DNA of 64,000 nt, taken from IMG/VR virus record IMGVR_UViG_3300011474_000007, positions 62,001 to 126,000 of that record; one strand, given 5' to 3'. Within the stretch, counting starts at the first letter, position 1, and every line of letters starts with the position of its first letter. Shown one piece after another: positions 49,098 through 58,809 of this stretch. A program made the position numbers and the translations under genes. The notes under the pieces are model-generated. The model was not told the DNA's origin and searched no databases. It saw only the letters and a list, made by a program, of their open reading frames with translations. Origin of the DNA: an uncultured virus (IMG/VR IMGVR_UViG_3300011474_000007) (taxonomy: Duplodnaviria; Heunggongvirae; Uroviricota; Caudoviricetes).

Positions 49098-50168
49098 ATG
49101 GCAGAATATTTAGGAACAATTAAATTAGGTACATTTTATCATAATGGAGAAGCTTTGCCTTTACCAACTAGACCTTGGCAGTCAAATAGTTGTCCCAATA
49201 ATTTATCAGAAAGAGGTAAAGGAGATATTCCTGAATTTTCAGGAAATATAGAAGATTGGACTATAGGGGATACATCTTCTGATGATGATAAAAAGTTAAA
49301 GTGGGTAAAGATTAAAGATGGAAATAAAACATTATTAATTTGTACTGTAAATATCTTAAGTAAAATTCCTTGGTATAAATTAAACAATGCTGGATATGTA
49401 GATGGTACTAAAATAACTATTGACGGAAATGAATATTTATGTAGATTATTAACTGGTGGTAATAACTTTAGAAATGGAATTGATTTGTACTCAGGAGGAA
49501 CTCCTATAGATAATGAATGGGATAGATTTATATGTAATGAGGATAATATAAATGGTTTACCTAAACCTACTACTGGTGATTTAGATTCTACAATGGATTA
49601 TAGTGATTTAGATGGTGAAAATAATCAATTATGGAATTGGTGGGGATTTCGTTCTTGGTGTATAGAAACACTTAAAGGAGATTCTTCTGCTTCTATTTCT
49701 CGTGGTTATAAGTCCGCTCGCTTTTTAGGTGTGGTTACTAATGCTAATAGTTACATTGATCTTGGGTGGCGACCTGTCCTTGAAGTTTTAAATTCTGACT
49801 CTGAAGATTCTAACACTAAGAAATTTTTAATAAAACAAAATGATAACTATTATACAATAGATAATGGATATATAGATTTAGGACAAGTAAATACTAAAGA
49901 AGATTTAAACAATTTATTCGATAAATATGGTTTTGAGGATTTATCTCTGATAACTAAAGAATTTGATGGTAAAAAGGTTCATATGACTAAAGATAAAGAT
50001 GATATTTGGGAAACTGATTCTGAAATAGATGTAAATAAAGTTGAAGGTGATGTACAATTAGTTGAAGAAAATAATGAAAAATATATAAAATATGGATTCG
50101 GGAAATGCAACATTCCTGATGAAATAAATAAAATTAATGATGGTAAATTTAAAATCTTAATGAAATAA
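49098..50168 (+). CDS. Putative adhesin / receptor-binding protein with C-type-lectin-like domain
   Basis: SWC...RG...GWRPVLE motif of CLec-fold proteins; C-terminal module nearly identical to that of 57200-58333. Confidence 0.6.
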   Translation: MAEYLGTIKLGTFYHNGEALPLPTRPWQSNSCPNNLSERGKGDIPEFSGNIEDWTIGDTSSDDDKKLKWVKIKDGNKTLLICTVNILSKIPWYKLNNAGYVDGTKITIDGNEYLCRLLTGGNNFRNGIDLYSGGTPIDNEWDRFICNEDNINGLPKPTTGDLDSTMDYSDLDGENNQLWNWWGFRSWCIETLKGDSSASISRGYKSARFLGVVTNANSYIDLGWRPVLEVLNSDSEDSNTKKFLIKQNDNYYTIDNGYIDLGQVNTKEDLNNLFDKYGFEDLSLITKEFDGKKVHMTKDKDDIWETDSEIDVNKVEGDVQLVEENNEKYIKYGFGKCNIPDEINKINDGKFKILMK

Positions 50169-50227
50169 GTAGCAATATTTATGTACATAGCACAGGTAAA
50201 TACAATGGTGTTTCAAGTGTTGAGGGT

Positions 50228-50400
50228 GAAAATGGAATATGGGGAACTGATTTTCAGTTGCATATTAATGAGATTAAAAACAATATTGAGTTAGTTAATA
50301 TAGATGAGGAGAATAAATCTATTAAATATAATTGCAATGATTATAGGATAATAGATTTATGTGATGATAAATTCCATATCATGCAATATAAAAGAAAATA
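50228..50400 (+). pseudogene. 3' fragment of a gene paralogous to 53819-54766
   Basis: DNA aligns by eye with 54590-54750 (ENGIWxTDF...IIDLCDD); no start. Confidence 0.7.
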
Positions 50401-50504
50401 TATTATTAAAGAGAATATACTAAAAAATAATTGTTAACGAAGAGGAGTTTAAAGCTATAGATAGATCTGGCAAGTTTAACTCGCTAACAAAGAGGTGATG
50501 TATA

Positions 50505-52406
50505 ATGTATATAAAAAAAATATTAGAGGCGTATGATCTAAAGTTAGTGGAATATGCTTGTTGTAATGATAATAATTATATCTATATATTTGGTGGTGAA
50601 TATGGTAATAATCGTATTCATACCAATGATACTTATAAATATGATATAAAAAATAATTCTTTAATAAAATTAAATACTATAAATACTCCAGAAAAACGGC
50701 GTGGTATGCAATCTATAATTTATAATAATAAGATGTATATATTTGGTGGTCAATTTTATGATGGTAATACTTCTATTAGATATAATGATGTTTGGTATTT
50801 AGATTTATTTACACTAAGATGGACGAAGATAAACACTACAATTCCTGAAACATCACAGCATAATTATAGCTTAGTAGTTAATAATGATACTGTTTATATT
50901 ATAAATTTAGGTTGGTATAGTGGGCATTGTTGGAAGTATAATATTTCAAAAAATAGTTGGGAGAGACTAGCTGATATACCAGATAAGCTTTTATATTCTG
51001 GTGCTGTTATTTATAATAATAAAATTTATGTTATATGCGGATATCATTGGACATCAAATAATGATCAGTATTATGTAAATAAACTATTTGTTTATGATAT
51101 TTTAAAAAACAATTGGGTTACAAAAAATCTTCCATCTGATTGTAAGAGTACATACTACCACGGTAATGGTGGGTTTATCTTAAATGATAAATTATATTTT
51201 GGTGCTAAATCAACTAGTAAAGATTCTTTAGATTATAAACATTTATGGTATTATGATATACAAAATGATATATTTGTAAAAACAGAAACACATGAGTATG
51301 ATGTGTTAATAGAACATATGATTAACATAGATAACTGTATTTATTGCTTGACAACTAGTAAAAATAAGAATATTACAATATATAAGATATATAATTTATC
51401 ATTTTTGTTAAAACAAAATAATAAATATTATACACTAAAATCTGACTTTTATAAGAACAATGAGTATAAACCCATTGCAGAATTAGAAGGAAAAGAAATA
51501 TTGACACAAAGTGATTTTGAAACTTATGGGATAGATGATTTAAATTTATTAACTAAAACTATAGATATGGATACTGAAATTGTTAATGGACTTGATAAAG
51601 GGAATTTAGGTAATGGAAAATATTTTGAGGTTCCATTAAATAATAATTTTAAAAATTTAATAAATGATAATATAAATAAAACACAATTAAAAGATTTAAT
51701 TCCACTGCTAACAAGTAACAACTCCAACGGATTTACAATATCAACGAATTCTGAATATGATAAGGATTTAGTATATAAATTGTTTGATAAAAATCTTTCA
51801 ACAACAGTGCGTTTTTATCGAAATTATGGTGCTGGAGGAGATATATTTATAAAATTTCCATACTCCGTTAAGATAAAAAAAGTACAAATTTCAGACGGTA
51901 CTATTAGGTATGCAGGGCTAGGCAATTTAAAATATTACACAAATAATTCAAGTGTTCAGTTTAATTATACTAACAACAACAATAATAACTATATTATAAA
52001 TAGTGATGTTAATGTTGACTATATTAGCTTAAATGTTTATTCGGGAAATCAAGGAGATCCAATTTATATTCCTGAAATTTATATATATGGCGAATATTTT
52101 TATAAATTCTTAATTAAATATAATTCTCAATTATATACATTTGACGGTACAAACATAGCTTTATCACCATCACAAATATTAGATGAGAACAACTTTATAA
52201 ATAATGGCTTTATAGATGTAACATCAATCGCAGAAGAACAATGGAATATTACTTTCCCAAATAAATCTGATTTAAAACTATTAATGTGGACAGATGATAT
52301 GGGTAAAACCGATGTTAGTATAGAAATAGGTGTAATACCATTTAGACCAATAGATAAATTGAAAAAGAATAGTGATATTTGCAATATATTATTTAATGAA
52401 GCATAG
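50505..52406 (+). CDS. Kelch-repeat and discoidin (F5/8)-like adhesin
   Basis: YIYIFGG, MYIFGG, IYVICG Kelch repeats; LIPLLTSNNS...YKLFD discoidin-like segment. Confidence 0.75.
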   Translation: MYIKKILEAYDLKLVEYACCNDNNYIYIFGGEYGNNRIHTNDTYKYDIKNNSLIKLNTINTPEKRRGMQSIIYNNKMYIFGGQFYDGNTSIRYNDVWYLDLFTLRWTKINTTIPETSQHNYSLVVNNDTVYIINLGWYSGHCWKYNISKNSWERLADIPDKLLYSGAVIYNNKIYVICGYHWTSNNDQYYVNKLFVYDILKNNWVTKNLPSDCKSTYYHGNGGFILNDKLYFGAKSTSKDSLDYKHLWYYDIQNDIFVKTETHEYDVLIEHMINIDNCIYCLTTSKNKNITIYKIYNLSFLLKQNNKYYTLKSDFYKNNEYKPIAELEGKEILTQSDFETYGIDDLNLLTKTIDMDTEIVNGLDKGNLGNGKYFEVPLNNNFKNLINDNINKTQLKDLIPLLTSNNSNGFTISTNSEYDKDLVYKLFDKNLSTTVRFYRNYGAGGDIFIKFPYSVKIKKVQISDGTIRYAGLGNLKYYTNNSSVQFNYTNNNNNNYIINSDVNVDYISLNVYSGNQGDPIYIPEIYIYGEYFYKFLIKYNSQLYTFDGTNIALSPSQILDENNFINNGFIDVTSIAEEQWNITFPNKSDLKLLMWTDDMGKTDVSIEIGVIPFRPIDKLKKNSDICNILFNEA

Positions 52407-52419
52407 GGGGTGATACAAG

Positions 52420-53766
52420 ATGCCCAAAATAGGAGAAGAATTACTTCAGCCTGAAAGTGGTTGGAAAAGATTTGAAGATACTGACCCTAATATTAGTTAT
52501 ATTGGACAATTATATGATTATCGACCATATTACCACACCTTTTTTCCAGCATTAAATAAAAAGATATTATTTAATTTTGTTGGTACAAAATTAAGATTAT
52601 ATTTTGAAACAAATAATAATGGAAACTATTCAAATGGAAATATTACTATAGATAATAAAATAAGTGAATTATTTAGAACAAATTATCCTAGCTCTAGTTA
52701 TAGTCCCAATAGATATACTCTAGTGTATGAAATAGATAATTTATCATTTAAGGAGCATTATATAGAAATAGACGGTCTAAATACAAATTACCTTATATTT
52801 AATGCAGTAGATATAGATGAAAATGGGGAATTAAAACCATATAATCCTAATGTATCATCAATAATAGCATGGAGTCCTAGTGATAAAACAGTTAATTATA
52901 CTTTAAGTAATAATAATTTAACAGCTTCTCTTTCAAAAGATCCTCCCTATGGATATTATGGGATAAAAGCAACAAAATATATTACTAATGGTAAGTTTTA
53001 TGCAGAATTTTTAGTAAATGATATGCCAAATGTATGTGCATTAGGGTTGGCTACTTATGAAGCTAGTTTATCAGGGTATACTTCTATAACTCAATTCCCA
53101 AATAATATTAAAACTAGAGTAATTAATGCTCAGAAAAATACATTTATAGGAATGGCATTTGATTTAGATAATCATTTTATAAATTTTTATATTAATGGAG
53201 TATTAGATGTTAAGTCTACTATTACACTGGAAAATAAGGAATATACAGTTATTATGATGAACAACAATGGAGAAAACAAAGGGGGAACTATAACAGCAAA
53301 TTTCGGAGAAACTCCCTTTAATATTATCACCTCTAACAAAAGTACATGGGATAAGTTAATAACTGAAGGCTATAGACCATATGATTTTTTTAATGCTAAT
53401 TGGGATTGGAAAATTTCAAAATATTTATTAAAACAAGACAATAATTATTACTCAATAAATAATAATTATATAAATTTAGGAGAGATAAATAATAATAAAG
53501 AATTAGATAATTTAATAAATGAATATGGCTATAATGATTTATCAATTGTTATTAAAGAATTAAATACTAAAAAAGTACCTACAACGATAAAAGACAATTA
53601 TTATAAATCTTTTAATATTAACTTAAATGATATAAAAGACAATATAAACATTATAGAAGAAAATGATAAAAAATATATTGAATATGATTGCAATAATTAT
53701 AGAATATCAAGTGAAATTAAAAAAATTAATGATGGAAAATTTAAAGTATTAATGAAAAAGATTTAA
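52420..53766 (+). CDS. SPRY-domain putative adhesin
   Basis: WSPSDK...GKFYAEF...GMAFDLD...ANFG; shared C-terminal module. Confidence 0.7.
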   Translation: MPKIGEELLQPESGWKRFEDTDPNISYIGQLYDYRPYYHTFFPALNKKILFNFVGTKLRLYFETNNNGNYSNGNITIDNKISELFRTNYPSSSYSPNRYTLVYEIDNLSFKEHYIEIDGLNTNYLIFNAVDIDENGELKPYNPNVSSIIAWSPSDKTVNYTLSNNNLTASLSKDPPYGYYGIKATKYITNGKFYAEFLVNDMPNVCALGLATYEASLSGYTSITQFPNNIKTRVINAQKNTFIGMAFDLDNHFINFYINGVLDVKSTITLENKEYTVIMMNNNGENKGGTITANFGETPFNIITSNKSTWDKLITEGYRPYDFFNANWDWKISKYLLKQDNNYYSINNNYINLGEINNNKELDNLINEYGYNDLSIVIKELNTKKVPTTIKDNYYKSFNINLNDIKDNINIIEENDKKYIEYDCNNYRISSEIKKINDGKFKVLMKKI

Positions 53767-53818
53767 TAAATACCTATTTTAAATAATATAATTTTAAAAA
53801 TAGATTGGAAGTGATTAA

Positions 53819-54766
53819 ATGAGTTTAATAACATGGAATCCTAGCGATAAAGGTAATAGTGTAACATTAAGTAATAACGATTTTACAGCTAAGTTAGATG
53901 GTTTGTATAGTGGAGTAAGAGCTACTGAAGGTAAAACAAATGGGAAATTTTATTTTGAATTTAATTTAAACGAGGTGGTTTATCCAATGCTCGGTGTGTG
54001 CAATAAAAATGCACCTAAAGAATGGATTTATAATGGTGCTTACGGTGATAATGCACGATTATATTCAATAGAGGGAATAAAATATCCTAGCAGGATAGAT
54101 TATGGGATACCGTATACAACAGGTTCAGTGATTGGAGTTGCATTAGATTTAGATAATGGAATAATAGAATTTTTTAATAATTGTATTTCTCAAGGTATTG
54201 CTTTTACTGATCTAACAAAATTAACTAAACCTATTTATCCTTATATTGTTCATTCAGGATCACGCTTTGCTAGTACAATAACAGCGAATTTTGGAGCAAC
54301 TCCATTTTATATTAGTAAATATGCTAAAGATATATGGGAACAATTAATAAAAAAGGGATATGAGCCTTATGACTTAAAAAATGCTAATTGGGATTGGAGA
54401 AAATTATATGATTCTAAATATTTAATAAAACAAGACAATAGTTATTACTCAACAAAATCGAATTTCATAAACCTTGGTAAGCCTGTAGATAATACACAAT
54501 TAAAAGATTGGTATCATAAATACGGCACAGATGATGTAGATATCTTAAATCAAAATCTAAACAATAAAGAATTCCCTATGACTATCTCTGAAAATGGAAT
54601 ATGGGAAACTGATTTTCGATTAGATATTAATGAAATTAAAGACAATATTGAATTAATTAATATAGATGAGAACAACAAATCAATCAAATATGATTGTAAT
54701 GATTATAAAATAATAGATTTATGTGATGATGAATTTAATATTATGCAGAATGCTTTTACACATTAA
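53819..54766 (+). CDS. SPRY-domain putative adhesin
   Basis: WNPSDK...VRAT...GKFYFEF...IGVALDLDNG...ANFG. Confidence 0.75.
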   Translation: MSLITWNPSDKGNSVTLSNNDFTAKLDGLYSGVRATEGKTNGKFYFEFNLNEVVYPMLGVCNKNAPKEWIYNGAYGDNARLYSIEGIKYPSRIDYGIPYTTGSVIGVALDLDNGIIEFFNNCISQGIAFTDLTKLTKPIYPYIVHSGSRFASTITANFGATPFYISKYAKDIWEQLIKKGYEPYDLKNANWDWRKLYDSKYLIKQDNSYYSTKSNFINLGKPVDNTQLKDWYHKYGTDDVDILNQNLNNKEFPMTISENGIWETDFRLDINEIKDNIELINIDENNKSIKYDCNDYKIIDLCDDEFNIMQNAFTH

Positions 54767-54844
54767 ATTTCTAACTAATATGGTTTAGAAATTTTTTTTA
54801 TATGTCTAGATTTAAATAAATAAAAAGAGAAAGAGGTGTATTTT

Positions 54845-55066
54845 ATGGAACAAGAAATGATGAAGTATATGATAAGTCAAGGAGCTTTTGCAGCTTTATT
54901 TTGTTATTTATTATATTTTGTACTTAAAACTTCAAAAGAAAGGGAAGAAAAGATGCAAAGTACAATTGATAAGAATCAAGAAGTTATAGGTGATTTAGCT
55001 AGAAAATTTGATGTATTAGAAGATGTCAAAAAAAGTGTAGATAAAATAGAAGAAAAATTAAATTAA
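54845..55066 (+). CDS. BhlA/UviB-family holin-like protein
   Basis: SQGAFAALFCYLLYFVLKTSKEREEK signature; single TM plus coiled coil; precedes the endolysin. Confidence 0.8.
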   Translation: MEQEMMKYMISQGAFAALFCYLLYFVLKTSKEREEKMQSTIDKNQEVIGDLARKFDVLEDVKKSVDKIEEKLN

Positions 55067-55103
55067 AAAGAAATCTGATTATATTAAAGTAGGTGATGAC
55101 AAT

Positions 55104-56678
55104 ATGTCTACTCTCATAATAGGTAATTCTGAAACAACAACAGATCAATGTGAATTATTTTTACATAATATTAATCCTAACGCACCATATTTAGCTAATA
55201 TTTATAAAAAATATTGTGACATTTATAGTATTAGATTGGAGATTGCATGGGTACAAATGTGCTTAGAAAGTAATTTTCTTAGATATTCAGATACAAGTAT
55301 AACAACATTAGATATGCATAATTATGCCGGATTAGGTGCTTTAGATGGTAATGGAAAAAACCAAGCATTAAAATTTAATACAGAGGAAGACGGTGTTGAG
55401 TGTCATATTCAGCATCTTTTTGCTTATTGTAGTAAAAACAATTTACCACAAGGTCAGAACTTAATTGACCCTAGATTTAAATATGTAGATAGAGGTTCTG
55501 CTATGAATATTGAAGATTTAGGAAATGGTAAGTGGGCTAGTGATAAACAATATGCACATAAATTATTAAGTTTATTAAACAAACTTATGAACACAAAAGC
55601 AGAAAAGAAAGGGGATAATGTAATGAAAATAGGGTTAAGAGGAGGACATTCTCCAAATTGTAAGGGTGCAAGTGGCTATTTAGACGAACAAAGTTGTGTA
55701 AGAGAATTATATTATAGATTGAAACCATTATTAGAAGCACAAGGACATACAGTAATTGACTGTAATAGTAATGCTAGTAGTGTAAATGGAGAATTAAGCG
55801 AAGGAACAAATAAATGTAATGCTAATAATTGTGATCTATATATTCCATTACATATGAATGCATCTAATGGACAAGGTAATGGCGTAGAATGCTGGACTTA
55901 TAGCTCTAGTAGTAGTAATGCTAATGCAATAGGTAGTAGAATATGTTCTAACTTAGCAAGTTTAGGCTTACAAAACAGAGGAGTGAAACATAGTACAGGA
56001 TTACATGATACTAGAGCTGTTAAGGGACAAACTTGTTTAATTGAGGTTTTGTTTTGTGATAATAAACATGATTGTGATATATGGAACAATACAGGAATTA
56101 ATAAAATGGCTAGTCTTATAGCTAGTGCTATATGTAATAAAGCTATAAATACTAGTAGTTCAAATGGCAACTCCACACTTTCTAAACCAATCGCAGTTGT
56201 TACGGCTAGTGGCTTAAATGTTAGAGAAAAAAAATCAACGTCTTCTAAAATATTAGGTATTCTATCTAATGGGAAATCAGTTGATGTATATAGAGTTGAG
56301 GGAGATTGGGTACATATTTATTATCCACCACATGGTGGCTTTATTAGTAAACAATATGTAAAATTATATAATATACCAGACTCTATGGTTCAAAAACCTA
56401 ATAAACCAGTAGAAAAAAAGGAGGAAAAAAAAATGGATATAATATTATACTTTGGACATGTTGATGAATATGGTGCTAATTTATTGAGGGATAAATTAAA
56501 ATTGCCAGTATTAAGTTTAGCTGACTTTAAAACAAATACAAATTTAAAGAATAATGTAGGAAGAATTTATATGGTAGGTGGAAGTGAAAAACCTGTTGTA
56601 GATACAGTTTTAATTTCACAAAGTAGTAGATATGATACTGCACAAGCTGTAATAAACTATATAAAAAATTTAAAGTAA
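55104..56678 (+). CDS. Endolysin: glucosaminidase-like, Amidase_3, SH3b and C-terminal domain
   Basis: QMCLES...HNYAGLG...WASD; GGH...E...LHMNA...LIEVLFCDN; LNVR...W...GGFISKQYV. Confidence 0.9.
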   Translation: MSTLIIGNSETTTDQCELFLHNINPNAPYLANIYKKYCDIYSIRLEIAWVQMCLESNFLRYSDTSITTLDMHNYAGLGALDGNGKNQALKFNTEEDGVECHIQHLFAYCSKNNLPQGQNLIDPRFKYVDRGSAMNIEDLGNGKWASDKQYAHKLLSLLNKLMNTKAEKKGDNVMKIGLRGGHSPNCKGASGYLDEQSCVRELYYRLKPLLEAQGHTVIDCNSNASSVNGELSEGTNKCNANNCDLYIPLHMNASNGQGNGVECWTYSSSSSNANAIGSRICSNLASLGLQNRGVKHSTGLHDTRAVKGQTCLIEVLFCDNKHDCDIWNNTGINKMASLIASAICNKAINTSSSNGNSTLSKPIAVVTASGLNVREKKSTSSKILGILSNGKSVDVYRVEGDWVHIYYPPHGGFISKQYVKLYNIPDSMVQKPNKPVEKKEEKKMDIILYFGHVDEYGANLLRDKLKLPVLSLADFKTNTNLKNNVGRIYMVGGSEKPVVDTVLISQSSRYDTAQAVINYIKNLK

Positions 56679-56711
56679 TATAAAATAATTTCAAAATAAA
56701 GGAGTGATATT

Positions 56712-57110
56712 ATGTCAATTAATGATTTTATGAAATTAGACCAACTAGCTACATTTACTGGCTCTGTATTAGTAGTTTTTATGATTGTACAGGTACTAAA
56801 AGATTTAAAACCACTTAAACAATTACCTACTAAATATTTGTCTATAATAATAGGTATATTAAATGTTATTATGGTTGCAGTTATGCAAGGAAAATTTGAT
56901 GTTACTCAATTATATTTAATGATTATAAATGGAACATTAGTCGGACTTGTTGCCACAGGTACATACGATTTTAGCCCTAAAAACAAAAAAGAAGAAACTG
57001 AGACTATAAACAATCTTTATAAAACACCAATGGCAGAAAATACAAATGTGGCTACATATACAAAGGAATTTGATAATGTTATAGAAAATCAAAATGAAAT
57101 AAAAGGTTAA
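56712..57110 (+). CDS. Holin
   Basis: Three hydrophobic segments, charged C-terminus, follows the endolysin. Confidence 0.7.
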   Translation: MSINDFMKLDQLATFTGSVLVVFMIVQVLKDLKPLKQLPTKYLSIIIGILNVIMVAVMQGKFDVTQLYLMIINGTLVGLVATGTYDFSPKNKKEETETINNLYKTPMAENTNVATYTKEFDNVIENQNEIKG

Positions 57111-57199
57111 TTTTAAACTCATTTATAATATAAAAATACAAACTTAAGAAACACTCAGTAATGGGTGTTTTTTATATAAAAATTAAAGGAGTGATTTAA

Positions 57200-58333
57200 G
57201 TGGCAGAATATTTAGGAACAGTTAAATTAGGTACATTTTATCATAATGGAGAAGCATTATCCTTATCAATTAGACCTTGGATTTCAAGTAGTCACCCAAG
57301 TACATACTCTGAAAGAGGTAATGGAGATATACCTCAATTTTCTGGTAATGATAATATAAGTGATTGGACTATAGGTGACACATCTTCAGATGATAATAAA
57401 AAATTAAAGTGGATAAAAATTAAGGATGGTAATAAAACATTATTAATTTGTGATAGAAATATTTTAAATTGGGTTTCTTGGGATACATTAAATGAAGCTG
57501 GATATGTAGATGGTACTAAGATAACTATCGATGGAAATGATTACCTATGTAGATTGCTTAGTGGTGGTAATAAGGATCGCAGGGGAGGCGGAGCTATTCC
57601 TATAGACAATGAATGGGATAGATTTATATGCAATGAGGATAGTATAAAAGATTTACCTATACCGCAGGATTATGATTTGGTAAAAATAGATACTTATAAA
57701 TCATTGGATGGAGAACATAATCAATTATGGAATTGGTGGGGGAATTCTTCTTGGTGTAAAGAAATATATAGAACAAACTCTAAAGAACGTGTTTATCGTG
57801 GTTTCGATAATGCCCAAAAATTCACTGGCCTTAATAGTAGTAATAGAAGTGATAGTACTGGTTGGCGACCAGTTCTTGAAGTTCTACATTCTGATAATAC
57901 AAATTCAGAAGGTAATACCTCTAAAGATTCTAATAATAAAGATACAAATACCGAAGACAATGATCCTAAGGATTCTAACACTAAAAAATTCTTAATAAAA
58001 CAAAACGATAACTATTATACAATAGATAATGGATATATAGATTTAGGACGAGTAAATACTAAAGAAGATTTAAACAATTTATTCAATAAATATGGTTTTG
58101 AAGATTTATCTTTAATAACTAAAGAATTTGATGGCAAAAAAGTTCATATGACTAAAGATAAAGATGATATTTGGGAAACTGATTCTGAAATAGATGTAAA
58201 TAAAGTTGAAGGCGATGTACAATTAGTTGAAGAAAATAATGAAAAATATATAAAATATGGATTCGGAAAATGCAATATTCCTGATGAAATAAATAAAATC
58301 AATAATGGTAAATTCAAAATTTTAATGAAATAA
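57200..58333 (+). CDS. Putative adhesin / receptor-binding protein with C-type-lectin-like domain (paralog of 49098-50168)
   Basis: Colinear with 49098-50168 apart from small indels; near-identical C-terminal ~120 aa and upstream region. Confidence 0.65.
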   Translation: MAEYLGTVKLGTFYHNGEALSLSIRPWISSSHPSTYSERGNGDIPQFSGNDNISDWTIGDTSSDDNKKLKWIKIKDGNKTLLICDRNILNWVSWDTLNEAGYVDGTKITIDGNDYLCRLLSGGNKDRRGGGAIPIDNEWDRFICNEDSIKDLPIPQDYDLVKIDTYKSLDGEHNQLWNWWGNSSWCKEIYRTNSKERVYRGFDNAQKFTGLNSSNRSDSTGWRPVLEVLHSDNTNSEGNTSKDSNNKDTNTEDNDPKDSNTKKFLIKQNDNYYTIDNGYIDLGRVNTKEDLNNLFNKYGFEDLSLITKEFDGKKVHMTKDKDDIWETDSEIDVNKVEGDVQLVEENNEKYIKYGFGKCNIPDEINKINNGKFKILMK

Positions 58334-58416
58334 ATATATAATCTATTATTTTAAAATTATACAGATTATTCATTTAAAATATTATGAAACACAAATAATA
58401 AAATTTCAACAAATTT

Positions 58417-58452
58417 AGGGGTTAGTATATTTTACTAATCCTTTTATTTTTA
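58417..58452 (+). terminator. Intrinsic terminator
   Basis: AGGGGTTAGTA...TACTAATCCTT followed by T-run. Confidence 0.6.
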
Positions 58453-58472
58453 ATTAAAGGAGGTCATTTCTT

Positions 58473-58793
58473 ATGGTAAGTTTAATACAAAAATTTAAAA
58501 CTATTGAGCCTAATCAATGTATATTGCATACTCCTGAAATACTAGATGCAATAAAAAAAACATTTGGTGAAACTAAATATGAGGAATTACAAAATCATGA
58601 ATCAACTTTTATAGAAGTATCAACGTTATTATGTGATAATCCTACTAAAATTGAAATAAGGTATTCTTATGACAAACCTGCATTACAACAAGATTTAATA
58701 GAGGATTGTGTGTTTACTTATCCACAAAGTAATATTGCAAGTATTGTAGCTACAGAGCCAACAACAGGAACTATTTATTTAACAATTGAATAA
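58473..58793 (+). CDS. Hypothetical protein
   Basis: 106 aa; AAGGAGG RBS. Confidence 0.65.
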   Translation: MVSLIQKFKTIEPNQCILHTPEILDAIKKTFGETKYEELQNHESTFIEVSTLLCDNPTKIEIRYSYDKPALQQDLIEDCVFTYPQSNIASIVATEPTTGTIYLTIE

Positions 58794-58809
58794 AAAAGGA
58801 GTAGTTATT

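Noticed and set aside
51971..51990. AAC/AAT run as a possible DGR template repeat
   Set aside because: Poly-Asn inside a coding region with no similarity to the candidate variable regions
57708..57995. 95-aa plus-strand alternative-frame ORF
   Set aside because: Entirely within 57200-58333, no RBS, and no equivalent ORF is listed for the paralog
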